Source: Octopus sinensis
Lineage: Eukaryota
Length of the DNA stretch: 64,000 nt
Assembly: GCF_006345805.1 (NCBI RefSeq)
Contig: NC_042999.1
Span: forward strand, 32,364,001 to 32,428,000
Direction: 5' to 3'
Below are positions 26,691-40,420 of this stretch, one piece after another; position 1 is the stretch's first letter, and every line of letters starts with the position of its first letter. The notes under the pieces were generated by a model. The model was not told the origin of the DNA, did no database searches, and worked only from the letters and a program-made list of their open reading frames with translations. The position numbers and the translations under genes were made by a program.

Positions 26691-26749
26691 TTATTTTTAA
26701 TAATTTGTTTTTCTATTTATATTTTCATTTATACTTTATTCATCTCACA

Positions 26750-27350
26750 TTTATCAAAATATACACCATGCACCTCCCCCACATAATTTATACGTAACTA
26801 CGCACGCACTTGCACATTCACATTTCCTGACATGTACAAACTTCACATATACACGAATACACAATTATAGCAGACGCGCGAACATACACACACTGGCACA
26901 CGCATACATACATATACTCACACCCATTCACTCACATGCCCCCTTGCAATGTCACACACATAGACACTAACGGCCACGCGTACAAACATTCGTCCTCAAA
27001 CACATTCATACACATCTATACGTACACATGCACTCATGTATACACACATACCCATACACACACTCATACGCACACACACAAACACAAACAGCAACACCAA
27101 TGCATACATATACTTGTCACTTCGCCTGATACCCTCATCACATACCCCACGCACATACAGGCAGGCATACATGCAAACATACACGTACACTCACACACAC
27201 GTACATACACACTCACACATCCACACACATGCATACCTTCGCATACACCCATACGCACTTATATACCCACACACACACGCATACACACCTCAACCGCGCA
27301 CCTCACCCAACCACATATATCACACTGCATTCTCCTGAAGTTACAAATAT
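26750..27350. repeat. Degenerate (CA)-rich low-complexity tract
   Basis: CA/CATA-rich sequence that produces the H/T-rich pseudo-ORFs. Confidence 0.8.
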
Positions 27351-27613
27351 AGAGAGGACTCGTCAAACGATCCACACATACATCCATTACGGTTCTATGA
27401 AATCACTACCAGGTGAATATTGGGGGCAATGCAATAGAATGTGACCCTCCGCTTATATTGTTAGCATTCTGTCAACTTTTGAAATCTTGCTTAAGAAGGG
27501 AAAGGCGATGCGTTGCAATCATCACACCCATGCCACTCAAGATGACTCTGTACGTATATGCATGTGTGCATATATGTATACACGCATATATACATATACA
27601 TACATACATACCT

Positions 27614-27736
<123 letters not shown>

Positions 27737-28199
27737 TATATTATATATATATATTTATAATAAGTGTAGGTTTTATACGAGTGGGTATATATTTCTAAAA
27801 GGAAGTTTAAAAACGCCACTATATAAGATAAATTTTATTTTTCTTAGAATTTTACATGCTTCGGCTCTTCTTGAAAAAACGAACCTTATCAAAAATATAT
27901 TAAAAGTTAAGTGTAATAAAAAAAACTTCATAATTGTTTCGAACACATAAAACAGCTATTATGCTCACTCTCCACAAAAATCCCCCACGTGGATTCTGTT
28001 GAGACCAGTAAGACACGGATTGTGAGCAACCCTTACAAAAAATCCTAAAGAGCATAGGAAACAGCAAATGAGGCTGTTTACTGTGATTTACGTAAATTTT
28101 GTCTTGTAAAAATTTAGATTTATGATATAACAGCTATACACCGAAATATAACCACCATCCGCCACAAAATAGGCGAATGTAATACAGCTATAGGAAAAA

Positions 28200-28796
28200 T
28201 GTTTAAAATAAACGGAAAAATGTCTACAATATTGCTAAGATATTTCAAGAGACTGGTTTCACCGCTGATCGATCTACACGTAACTGCAAAAGAAGTGTGT
28301 GGACCCCTCAGCTTATTAAATGTACCAAAGAAATGATGAGGCAAAATTCTCGTCGTTCACTCTGAAAAGTAGCTGCCACACCAAAAAGAAGACGAAAATC
28401 GATCTGTCGAATGCTAAAAGAGGATCTCAGGATCCACCACTAAAGGATGATCCGCCGTCATGAGCTCATGCAAGTTCATGAGTCTATGAGACTGGAAAGA
28501 AATCATTTCATCCTACATCAGATTGCTAAAATAATGTTGCCCAAACTGCTATCCTCGGAGGAAAAGTAATTTGACATCAAAAAGAGTGTAAACCACCAGA
28601 ATCACCCTTGTGAACCATTAACACATAGACGTAAGTGTGTGAGTCGAAAGAGATGTGGTTTTAGTGAATAAATATGGAAGTGCCATAATTGTTTTTATTT
28701 TACCGTTGCATTGTAACGCACGGGCCCGAAGTATAAGAACATTTTGCTTTGGCCAAATTGTAAAAAGTTCGTTGCTTTAATTTGAGACACCCTGTA
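28200..28796 (+). pseudogene. Tc1/mariner-superfamily transposase remnant (maT/DD37D-like N-terminal half) with right TIR-like end
   Basis: Frame from 28234: FQETGFTADRSTRNCKRSVWTPQLIK..RQNSRRSL*KVA..RMLKEDL..RRHEL..RLER..LLSSEEK*F..VNHQN (HTH region to the first catalytic FSDEK motif). TIR-like TTTGAGACACCCTGTA at 28781-28796. Confidence 0.75.
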
Positions 28797-29489
28797 CGTG
28801 TGTGAGCATTTGCGCGCGCACCTGTATGCATTTGCATGTATATAATTCTAATTTTACTCGTGATTAATATATCACTATGAATTATCATATTGCGAGCGTA
28901 TAGTTATATTACGAGTTTAAAGCTAAATTAACAAGTGATTATTATAAATGAAGACACAGCAGGCTGAAATTACTAGTTGCGAATATTTAGTTTTCCCAAT
29001 AATTTACGAATTTTGACAAATCATCGCGTTTCTTTAAGAATAAATATTCCTTTGGGAAAATGTGCCATCTCAAGTTCGGCATATAAATTAGATATATTAC
29101 ATACAATATAGAATAACCAAAAATGTTTTGTTAAAAATTAGTTAAAGTAAATTACAGATCATTTATGAAATAGATGTAATTTAATCCCGTTTTGTTTGCG
29201 GCACATCCAAAACATTGACTCACAATAGTGTGTCTACATTAGTTTATAGATATTAACATGATTCTTTTTATAGTATTATAACAACAACTTGACATTTCTA
29301 AATACGTTCAGCAGCGATACAATAAATTACAAATCAGTTCATAAGAGACTGTCGCAGAAAACACCATAAATCAAATTCAAACACATTTATTAAATTTCCG
29401 TATATAATTGTGAATTGTTTTGTTTAATTCGTACTCTATGTTATGAGATTTTCTCTTTTCATTACCACTCATTCCTTTTTGATAATACA

Positions 29490-29510
29490 CTAACAACTGT
29501 ATATATATAT

Positions 29511-29569
<59 letters not shown>

Positions 29570-29589
29570 TATATATATATTTGTATATA

Positions 29590-29629
<40 letters not shown>

Positions 29630-29649
29630 TATATATTACATATATATAT

Positions 29650-29693
<44 letters not shown>

Positions 29694-29835
29694 GTATATA
29701 TACATATATATATACACATATATATGTATATATATGTATATATATATACATATATATACATATATACATATATATATATACATATATATATATACACATA
29801 TATATACATATATATATATATAAACATATATATAC

Positions 29836-29869
<34 letters not shown>

Positions 29870-29870
29870 G
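29490..29870. repeat. Long compound (TA)n/(TACA)n microsatellite
   Basis: ~380 bp of TA/TACA repeats. Confidence 0.95.
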
Positions 29871-29974
29871 ACAGCTGACTTTGTCATTGCTTATTATTCA
29901 CCAAAAATACACACACACACACACGCACGCACAAACACACTCGTCATCCTTGCACACACACACACACACTCACG

Positions 29975-30259
29975 CATTCCTTTTTTGAAACTCTCTTGCT
30001 TTTAAAAACCATGATTCGACTACCTCTCAACTTCTGTTCTTTCAACATGTGATCTCTTGAGCACCACCAGCTCAAATATTTTTTCCTCTGTCTTCCCTTC
30101 TTGGGATCTTTCCTTCTCCTTGTTTCCGACGAAGAGCTCCGCTCGAAACGTTAAACCCTCCTTCCCTTCTTTCCTGAGCGTCAATAATACTTTAATTGTT
30201 ACACGTCCTGCGTTTGGTGTGTTTATTTCCTCTTCTTTTCTGTGTTTTCTTCTTTGGAT

Positions 30260-30263
<4 letters not shown>
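29975..30263 (+). mobile_element. Small hammerhead-bearing element, second copy of the 6750-6955 family
   Basis: Homologous from TGTGATCTC (~30048) to GGATTAACTATA; followed by (AT)n. Confidence 0.75.
30122..30156 (+). ncRNA. Minimal type I hammerhead motif identical to 6822-6856
   Basis: GTTTCCGACGAAGAGCTCCGCTCGAAACGTTAAAC; 35/35 identical to the first copy while the flanks diverge. Confidence 0.75.
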
Positions 30264-30308
<45 letters not shown>

Positions 30309-30549
30309 GTAGAAGTTACGGTAGAAAATGCTAATATAATTTTATAAAGAACATTTTCAGTATCGACTTCGGTCAATGAGACTTTGTCAACTGTAAGTAT
30401 GGGAAACAATTAAATCTGGGAAAAAATTAAATGAAAGTTTTTAAAAGAATATTTGCATACTATTTTAATAAAAGGGGCATTTTCATTTTTTCTGCCTGCC
30501 TGTCTGTCTATCCTTGCTTACACTTGCGGCTTCGAGGTCGTAGTGAATT

Positions 30550-31395
30550 TGAAGAAGGAGAAGAAGAAGAAGAAGAAGAAGAAGAAGAAAGAGGAGGAGG
30601 AGGAGGAGGAAGAAGAAGAATAGGAGAAGAATGAGGAGTAGGAGAATGAGAAGGAAGGGTAGAATGAGAAGGAGGAGGGGAATGAGGAGGCTAAGTAGAA
30701 GAAGGAGGAGGAGAAAGAGATGGAGGAGGAGAGGGGGAGGAGGAGAATGGGAGGAGGAGAAGGAGGATGAGAAGGGGAGGAGGAGAAGGAGGATGAGAAG
30801 GGGAGGATGAGAAGGGGGAGAATGAGGAGGAGAAGGATGAGGAGAAGGGGAGGAGAAGGAAGAGGAGAAGGGGGAGGAGAAGTAGGAGGAGAAGGGGAGG
30901 AGGAGAAGGAGAAGGAGAAGGAGGAGGAGAAGGAGAAGGAGGAGGAGAAGGAGGAGGAGGAGAAGAAGGAGAAGGAGAAGAAGAAGAAGAAGAAGAAGAA
31001 GAAGAAGAAGAAGAAGACGGAGAAGAAGAGGAAGATAGAATGCGATAGTTCTATGATAGTAGTAGGGTGTTAAATTTTGAAGTGCCCTGAAAGTATCTTG
31101 TTATGGATGCTAGTTTTGATTGAATTATTCAGATATCACTTTTGAGAGTACTGTTTATACTATTTGCGTAGGCGTTACTCTAAACAATAGTAGTATCAAA
31201 GTAAGAAAGGAGGTGGCGGAGAGAAAGAAGAAGACGACGACGAAGACGAAGAAGAAGAAGAAGAAGAAGAAGAAGAAGAAGAAGAAGAAGAAGAAGAAGA
31301 AGAAGAAGATGATGATGATGATGATGAAGAAGAAGATGATGATGAAGATGAAGAAGAAGAAGATGAAGAAGAAGAAGTAGAAGAAGAAGAAAAGA
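30550..31395 (+). repeat. Polypurine (GAA/GGA/GAT)n tracts
   Basis: 30550-31030 and 31215-31395 are almost purely purine on +. Confidence 0.9.
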
Positions 31396-32962
31396 ATTTG
31401 TCATGGCATGATGAGTGTAGGAATTAAATAGTCAAGTGACCTATAAGTGCCTAGTTGTTGATTATAGCAGTGATTGGGGCTGTTTTGAAACAAATCTTGA
31501 GTATCTCGTTTGAATGTACCATTTTTTTTATATATGCGTATGTAAACAAAATGAATAATGTCAATTGTGTCGTTGCAATAAAAGTTTTATTTACGTATTT
31601 GGGTAATATATTGAAGCTTCTAAGTTTTCTTGAGACGTTCATTTGTCTATCCAATCGGGGAATACACTAGGACTTTTGCAATGAAAAAGGATGTTTACAT
31701 TTTCGAATACTCAGAGAGTATTCACACGTTAGTCGTAGATATTAAAGGATTTTTTTTCTTCTTAAGCTGATCGTCAGTGTGTTCGAAAGCTGTAGGTGTG
31801 TAAGTTTCCCAACTTATTTTATTTTGAAGGAGATTTAAAATATTGACAGGAAATTGTAGATATTCCAATTCCAGTTTCTTTGGAATAGTAGGGAGAAGAG
31901 ACGTTTTCCTGTTGGATTTTTGAATTTCTGAATTCCTTCTTCTTTTTCTTTTGGAATTATTTTTCTTAAAAGTGTTGCTGTAGTTTACAGTTTTAGTGCA
32001 GTATGTATAAATTGGCAGGTGCTTCCTTTAATTTTCATCGTGCATTTAATAGTGCTGTTACAATAAAAGGCATGTTTACATATTGTTAGTTTGGGAAGAA
32101 GGAAAGACAAAATGTCCATGCAAAATTGATATTAAAGTTGCTGAATTTATTATTATTATTATTATTATAGGTGTTTCTATTCAAGTAGAATTCATCTATC
32201 TTATTGTTTATAGAAGATATAATAGTTGGAAAGTTATGGGTAAAATTATATCAAAGGTTAATATTTATGTTATTCATTATTTCATATTTGTTGCTATTAT
32301 TAAAATGCTTATTAATAACCGTAAAAATATATTTTATTAAATTAATTTTAATTTGCATGACAAGAGAGATTATCAGCAACATTTATTATGAACTGCATCT
32401 GTGTTATTATTAATTATAGGTGTATTATTAACTATTATATATTCATTATATTTATTATGCTTATAATTGTTTCTATTATGTAGTGTGGTGGTTGTTATCT
32501 TCTTTTTATTATAATCATTACACTTCATACTTTTAGTATTAGTTGTATTTAAGCTTTTGCAATTGTCATTATTATTATGATTGATATTATTATGTCAAAT
32601 TTTATTATTTGTTTTGTGTGTATATATGTTTTTATTACGGCTTGTAATTATATTAGTTGTGGTATTTCCATTTTTTTTAAATATTATTATTGTTGTTGTT
32701 ATTGGGATTGTGTAAATACTTAGTTATTATATTTGAATTATATTTACTTGCGCTTTTTTATTCTATTCATACTATTTGCTACATACTATTTTATCCTATT
32801 TTTATAACCAGCATTACGTAAAGCTATATTATATTTAGTCATATTTTTATTACATACATCCGCATTAGAAGATAAGATATTTCATTAATATCATAAATAT
32901 CTGCCTTTTAAATTGATCCCGGATGATTACTCTGGGAATATGTGTATTTAAAGTTGGAGTCA

Positions 32963-33025
<63 letters not shown>

Positions 33026-34457
33026 GCACGAGGGGATGCCGGAAATTTTCTTGCTGCTCGGGTGTCGCGAAAGTTTCGTTTGGAGGCCCGAATACGTTTA
33101 TAGTGTTTAGAAAACTCGAAGGACCGCTGCAATAATTGCATGCATCTGAGAGGGGAATATCTTTAATAAAATAATAATTAACTGATCCTCTCGTATTTTC
33201 TTTTGCCTAAAGCCAGGAACTGTATATATATATATATATATATATATATCAATGTACTTTATCGAGTTCGATCATAATTTACACTGATACATTGAAATAG
33301 ACATACGTTCATGTACCTTAGCTCTGTGGGGTATACAATTTCAAATGAAGTAACAAATTACAATAAATAAATTCGTATTAGAGGATTAGAGTTATCTCAC
33401 TTTCTCATATACTTGTCTTTATATAAGTGAGCGAGTTTATATGTTTGTCTGTGTGTATGTGAGTGTTTGTGTGTGTCAATGTAGTCTCCATTCACTGCCT
33501 CGTGTGTATTTATGATGTTTACATATGAAAGCGAATAGTTATCTGCAAATTTATATAACCAATAGTAGCGTGTCAATCAGCCACAAAAGAAAATAATTCT
33601 GCCAGCTAGTATTATGCTATATTCCCACTCATCCGGAAAAGTAGTACGCGAGAAAACTAAATACAAATTGCTTGTAGAAGACAAGATTGAGGTTGTTTGA
33701 ATCTTTACTGTCAGTGATCAGCATTTCTTTAGACGACTAATTCTGGCGGCATTGAATTTGTTCTTATACGCGTTTGACTCGGCTAATGTTTTGTAGTCAA
33801 ATACATTTATTTTGATTTCCAGAGTGTTTTGTTCGCTATGTTAGATATTGCTCTTGACACTTTATATAAGAAGATACTTTGAAGAACAACTCTTGCAAGC
33901 TCTTATCTCACTCACGTTGCTGACCTTAGATATCATATTACACCTTTTCATAAACTATATTCTTAACCTAATCCCACAACCTAATGCCCACAAGGGCCGA
34001 CGTTGCTGGTGATTCTCCTATTTCATAGTTCAACAGACTATAGCCACATCCCTGCAGTATATTTAGGATATGTTTTGTTTGTAATATTACGTTTAACCAG
34101 GTGATTACATTTTTTTTGTAATGGAGTAAGGTTCCCTTTTTCTACTAAAACATGCATAAAGGAACAGTTGTAATGTGCGAACATTTATCTATCGTCTGCT
34201 ATTAGTTATTAGTTATAATACACCAAGGGGATTTACGACTTGTCAGACACTCTAAACTATAACAACAACGTACAGTTCAACGGAAGGCATGCTTTGGGCC
34301 AGTCCCTAGGCGATACATACTCAAAAGCTTGGTTTTCTGCGTGTAGAAAAGCGGTTACTTACCAACCTTGGGCCGGAACCGACATTACCTGGTGTATATC
34401 TTTTCAAGTACTTGATTATATCTGAATCCTTGATTTACTTTGTACGTATATATATAG

Positions 34458-34491
<34 letters not shown>

Positions 34492-34493
<2 letters not shown>

Positions 34494-34686
34494 AGATCGT
34501 TAGCTACTACGTGCATTTTCTCTCTTCTTGTTTCTCTCCTTGTTTTTTCTGTGTATCTTTACGTCGAAGAGTGTAGGCTCGAAACGTAAAAGACTTTTTC
34601 TATTCCTGAGCGCTATACTAATACATTTGTTTGTTCGTACACCACCTGAGTTCATCTTTTGTTTATTTTCGTAAACGTTCCCTTGA
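34492..34686 (+). mobile_element. Small hammerhead-bearing element (related family) between (AT)n tracts
   Basis: Same layout as 6750-6955: pyrimidine tract, hammerhead, TTCCTGAGCG, ATACT, ending in (AT)n. Confidence 0.7.
34556..34593 (+). ncRNA. Degenerate minimal type I hammerhead motif
   Basis: UCUUU-ACGUCGA-A-GAGU(GUAG)GCUC-GAA-ACGU-A-AAAGA: 5-bp stem I covaries relative to the 6822 family; core 5' half mutated (C3A, U4C, A6U). Confidence 0.6.
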
Positions 34687-34945
34687 TATATATATATATA
34701 TAACTTATAAAATGAGGGCAAAAGAAAAATTCCAATGCCAAATATGCCGGAAATAGACAAAATTATCAATAACCATTATAATTTATGCGTCTCGAAACAA
34801 GCCGAAAGAAATTTCTAAAAAATTCCGTTACTACCGTATTGGTCCCAATTTCAGAGTTGATTCTTAAGAATTTTCCCCTGCTCAGCGATCAATACGTAAG
34901 ACATAAATGAAATACTTACTCATACCCATGGAGTATGAGTAAGAG

Positions 34946-35041
<96 letters not shown>

Positions 35042-35407
35042 TGTGTACTCACGTGTTTGTATATATATATGGATGTGCTTGTTTACAGATATGCACACAT
35101 ACATACATACATAAATACACATATGTTAATAAGCTTAATGTGTTTAAGTTTATCGAGATATTATGTAGTGTATAACTTGTTTTAATTATTTAGCAAGCGT
35201 ATGTTGTATGCTAAGGGCTTAATAGTTAGATTGTACAGAGAACGTAACCATATGTAAAAATTAAGGCTATTTATGTTATTATCTATATTCTTGTGGTCTT
35301 TTGTTTTTAAAGTGAAACAATCTCTTGTATAGAAGCAAGGCTACGGAGCTCGCTGAATCATTTATAACTTGACCAAGATATTCTCACAGATTATTGCCAA
35401 ATGAACT

Positions 35408-36403
35408 TTATTTTTCACAGTATTTTCCTTGGGGTCCAAGCTGTTTTTTATCGGTTTTCTAGACTTTGAATCCCATTAGTGAAGAGGCTTTAATCATGTT
35501 CATTAAAAAAGTTATCAACAGCAGAATGATGTCATCATCACTGCGCAATTAGTACCCGGTCCATTGTTATTTCACGTTGGGGATCAGATGATAGATGCGG
35601 TTAAATCAGGAGACAGGGAGGGTGACCATCCAGTTCAAAGCTGTAGTAACAAACAGCAGCCATTGAAATTAAGGGCTTTTATGCTGGAGCATTGTCCTAA
35701 TGAAACAAGTTCCCTTCCGTCAGTTTTCGTGGGAGATTTTCTTCATAGCCTTTCGTAACTGACTCAGCATCTCGACATACCACATTTTCATTGATAAAGT
35801 GGCTCAATAAGCACAATGCTTCTTGCATCCCAAATCACTGAGGCCATCCACACTTTTCTACGCATGAAACAAACTACGCCTTATTTGAGCAGGTGAGAAA
35901 AGGTGTTTCAACTACATATGTTGTTTCTTTTTCTCTGGCTCAAAGTGATGAAGCCAGCACTCATTGTTGATTAGAATACTTTAAATGAAACCAGCTGGAT
36001 ATGCTTGAAAGAATGTTAGAGTCACATATGATGCAACCAACCTGGTCTGCTTTTGAGCAGGCGTCAGACGACGGGGCAACCCCTAACCGTAAACCTTCGC
36101 CATGTCAATTTCATTATGCAAGATATGCTAATAGCATTGATTATTTCATTTATAGTCAATAACATCATCCATACCCATGTGGGGAACGCGATCAATGCTT
36201 TCCTTGATGGTGACAGGTGCAGGACGTCCAGGCCTCGGATCATCTACAAGACTCACACTTCCTTTCTTAAATTCATCTACCCACTCTGCACTCTCGATAA
36301 CGCTGGAACTTCATCTAATGTAGCGAGCATATCAGTAGGAAAGTTCTTGGGGTCTACACACTGTTTTCAGCAGGTACTTGATAACACGCCAATATCTGTC
36401 CAT
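35408..36403 (-). pseudogene. Mariner (DD34D-type) transposase pseudogene
   Basis: Minus strand: EFKKGSVSLVDDPRPGRP, LPRRLTPAQK, ECWLHHFEPEKK, MASVIWD, LFH*DNAPA, HPP/SPDL, GKYCEK*; multiple stops and frameshifts. Confidence 0.9.
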
Positions 36404-37881
36404 TTGCAAGAGAATTCGCTGCTATTTACATTTGAAGTCCTCTTCCAACAATCAGTTTTTAGTTTACATTGAAGAAAACAATACAGTTCTTAATAAGAAG
36501 AGCCGGAATTAATGTATGCAAGGTTTCACAGCTGTAGTAACACGCCTTCATAATCAGCCCATCCTCTTAAGTTGCATAGTGCCGATAATTTCAGCTAAGA
36601 TGCTTTTCTTAAATTTTCTACTCTTAAACGAAACCAAAAACTTGATTACTTTGTGGATTAGTTATATTGCATATTCTTTCAGTATTTTGTTTCTCTCAAC
36701 CTTATTTTCTTCATAAAATCCTGGTATTTCAAGATTATATTTGAAGAGTGGTGTTACTAACACTTCAATTCATTCTTATGTGATCATAGGAAAAAACAAA
36801 TTATGTATATAATATAGTATCTGAATATGAAAATAAAAGTAATTTAAGTAGTTACATCGCTTATATTTTTCGTAAATGTAACATATGAAGGTATTTCATT
36901 TTATAGGATATAAAACTTCATGTTTTCGCAATATATTTTTAGTCTGTTTAGTAACATGCCTTACTCAATACACAGATTTCAATCTCATATTTGAAAGCAT
37001 CTTTTTCCCATCAATATCTGTGATGTCTTTAATAACGTAATATTGTTCTTTAGAGTTCAGATATATCTGTAATAAAAAAAAGGAAGAAAAAGATTGCAAC
37101 GTTGAATTATTCTCCGGTTAGCAACTTCCTCAAAACAAAACCAAAAACAAATACTTTCTTATGGTTTGTCTTTCCATACATTTTTTTAGAGATATTTTGC
37201 TTGTTATTCAGCTAGAATTAATGCCTAATTGGAATTTGACAGTGATGCAGCAAGACAAAGCAGACATTCCACATACATACAGAGATAAAGAAACATCAAC
37301 ACGCTGAAAGCATTACATAAAACGACATCACTCATAATCTGTTACACTTGATTACAATTCAGAAATGATATGTTAGCCACCGATATAGCAATCAATATTT
37401 GCTTGAATGAATCAGCTATAGTTTTGATAGATTTTTCCTCTGAGCCAAAATATTATTTGAATAAAGTTAACATAGATATTCTCTTTCCACATCAATTGAC
37501 CAGAATAGCCGCTTTAGATAAAATTATGTTTATCCTTTCGTAAGCAATCTATTAATCAAATTATTCATCTCATGTTAAAATATCGCTTTATTCTCATAGA
37601 TTCCACGAACTTTGCCTCCTCCCAAACGATTTGATTCGTTCTTTGTTTCTTCGCTTTGATCTTCATTGTGAAACGACGTCTTCCTCCTCTGTCTGATATA
37701 GCATTGATGTGGAAGCTATTATTGCATCAGCTAACTAAAAGAAAATAAAACGAATACGACGTAAGGAAAAGTTTGAAAACAGGATTAAATCTAATGGATT
37801 AAGATATGCTATTAATACACCTATCTATATAAATACGCTTACTTATGAAGGTATATACATACACGCACGCACATATATATA

Positions 37882-37951
<70 letters not shown>

Positions 37952-38629
37952 ATATATGTATGTATGTGTGTATATATATATACAGAGAGAGAGATGGAGA
38001 GAGAGAGAAACAGGCAGATACAAACTAGAAAACCATATATGTACACCTATGTATGTATATGTATATACATATATATATATATATACATGTACCTACATGA
38101 GTGTGCACGCGCACACATGCTGCGTGATGATTATTGAAAACTTTTTTCAAACTCGCTTATATAACATTACATACATAACCGAGTATTGCAAACATGGAAT
38201 AGTGATGCGATATCATTAACACTTTTTTGCAATTACACATAGACATGTGGGTGACTGAGACTACTCGCTGATGTACAACTATATACGTATATTTCTGCAT
38301 GCTTACGTAATTATGTGTGAAATTTTGCTTACACATTTTCCGTGTGCGCGCTTATTATTGTATTTTAAGGTGAAAGTAGTCCTTCTAGATTATTTAGCAT
38401 CCCTTAAAGAGAAACACCAATATGTAACTCGATGAAGTTTTCGGTCAGGTCCCTAGCAATAATTATTGGTCATCCTTGTTCAAAAGTGTTTGTTAATATC
38501 ACAAAATGCAATCCCAGAAATGCAAAATGTTTGTTACTGAGATAACATGAGAAATGAAAATAGTTTAGAATAAGAAAAATATTAACACATTTCTCAGCAT
38601 CACCAGGAAATTTGGTGATGGAGATATGT

Positions 38630-40420
38630 ATGTTACCTAAACCGCAGTGCTTAAGTGCTATTTATTTTATCGATCATAAATGGATGAAAAGGAAAGTGAA
38701 GCTCAGTGCGATTTGAACTTAGCAAGTTTTAGAGAAGAAATGGAGTTTAAAATATCGTCAACGGTGGTAACTGTTTTACAAACACGGTAATTTTATCAAA
38801 CGTAAAAACTTATGATTCAAATTTTGGTAGATGGCCGGTAATTGTAGTGGAACGGCTTAAGTCTATTACATCAACCTCATTACAAAAATGTTACTTATCT
38901 TACCGGCTCTAAAATGATGAAAGATAAGTCGGAAACTGAACTCAGAACGTAAATCTTCAATAAATGACGTGCACTATTTTGTCAGGCATGCTAACTATTC
39001 TGCCAGCTATTCAGGCATATGGGCGGACAAGTTTGTCGGTTGGGATTCCAATTAATTACAATGTCCCTAATGCTAAACTGGTAATTATTTTAATCGATTC
39101 CAGAAGGAGGAAAGGCATAGTTACAATCAGTGGTATTTGAATTTATGTTGTAAACAACCGGAAGAAATGACATTAAGCATTTTTTTTTTGTGAGGTGATG
39201 CAAGTGCTTTTCTGGTGCTCTGCAGGTATTTTTCTGTGCTTCTTCAGACCACCGCTACATTAATCACGCTAATAATTCTTACAAATTTTGGCACAAGGCC
39301 AGTAATTTTCTGCGGAGCGCTAACAGATTACATTGAAATCAGCAAATGATTCGTAGATCTTTTATGCACCAGCAAATAATGCAAAGCAAGGTCGGCGGCG
39401 CTTGAATTTGAACTTAGAAAGTAAGGACGGAAGAAATGCCTATTTCTTTACTACCCACAAGGGGCTAAACACAGAGGAGACAAACAAGGACAGACAAACG
39501 GATTAAGTTGATTATATCGACCCCAGTGTGTAACTAGTACTTATTTAATCGACCCCCGAAAGGATTTTAAAGGCAAAGTCGACCTCGGCGGAATTTGAAC
39601 TCATAACGTAGCGGCAGACGAAATACCGGTAAGCATTTCGCCTGGCGTGCTAACGTTTCTCCCAGCTCGCCGCCTTGTAAGGACGGAAGAAATTCCGTTA
39701 AGTATTTTATTCAGCTAGGATTCCGCGAATTCTACTAGGTCGACAAGTATTTTTATCATAAAAATAATACTTTCTACTGCAGGAAAAATGAGGGAGGAAG
39801 TTATTCGATTAAAATTTCTTCAGTGATCAACGGATACATTGTCGTTACCGACAGAATAAAAGGCAAAATCGATCTCGGTGAAATTTAAACTCGTAACGTA
39901 AAAAAAGCCGATAGAAATAACTCTAAGCATTTTGTACGGCGCGCTAACGACAACTCCATTGCACAGCCTTTCTATTCCTAATAATAATTATATTTTGGAA
40001 ATTTGGCAAGCATTTTAGGGGAGGATTTAAGTCAATTGCAATGCCCCCATTACTCGTCTGGTACAGATTTCATTGATTCTGTATAGATAAAACGTAAATT
40101 TGATATCCGCGGAATTCGAACTCAAAACATACTGAGCGAAATGCAGCTATGAATTTTGTTAGCACAATAACGATTTTGCCGATGGACCACCATTTTAAAC
40201 ATAATAATATTTCCATTATAGGCACAAAACCTGAAACTTCGTGAAAGACAGTTCAGTCGATTACTATCGACACCATGGGTCAACTGTTTCTTAATTTATC
40301 TTCCCGATTGATGAAAGGCAATGTCCACCCCGACAGCATTTGAACTCAGAAAGTACAGCTGTACGAAATGCCCCTAGTCATTTTGCCCGGTGTACTCCAA
40401 TTCGGCCAGTTCACCGCCTT
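38630..40420 (-). mobile_element. Cluster of several degenerate family 2 SINEs
   Basis: Recurrent ATTTGAAC/TCAGAA (B box on minus), AAAGGCAAAGTCGA and TCGAT blocks at ~200-250 bp spacing, same orientation. Confidence 0.7.
39438..39676 (-). mobile_element. Young full-length family 2 SINE with 17-bp target site duplication, nested in an older SINE
   Basis: TSD GTAAGGACGGAAGAAAT at 39421-39437 and 39677-39693; head AAGGCGGCGAGCTGGG on minus. Confidence 0.92.

Noticed and set aside
31450-32900. Possible decayed Penelope ORF on the minus strand (e.g. NFPTIISSINNKI)
   Set aside because: Only vague resemblance; no RT or GIY-YIG motif could be read.
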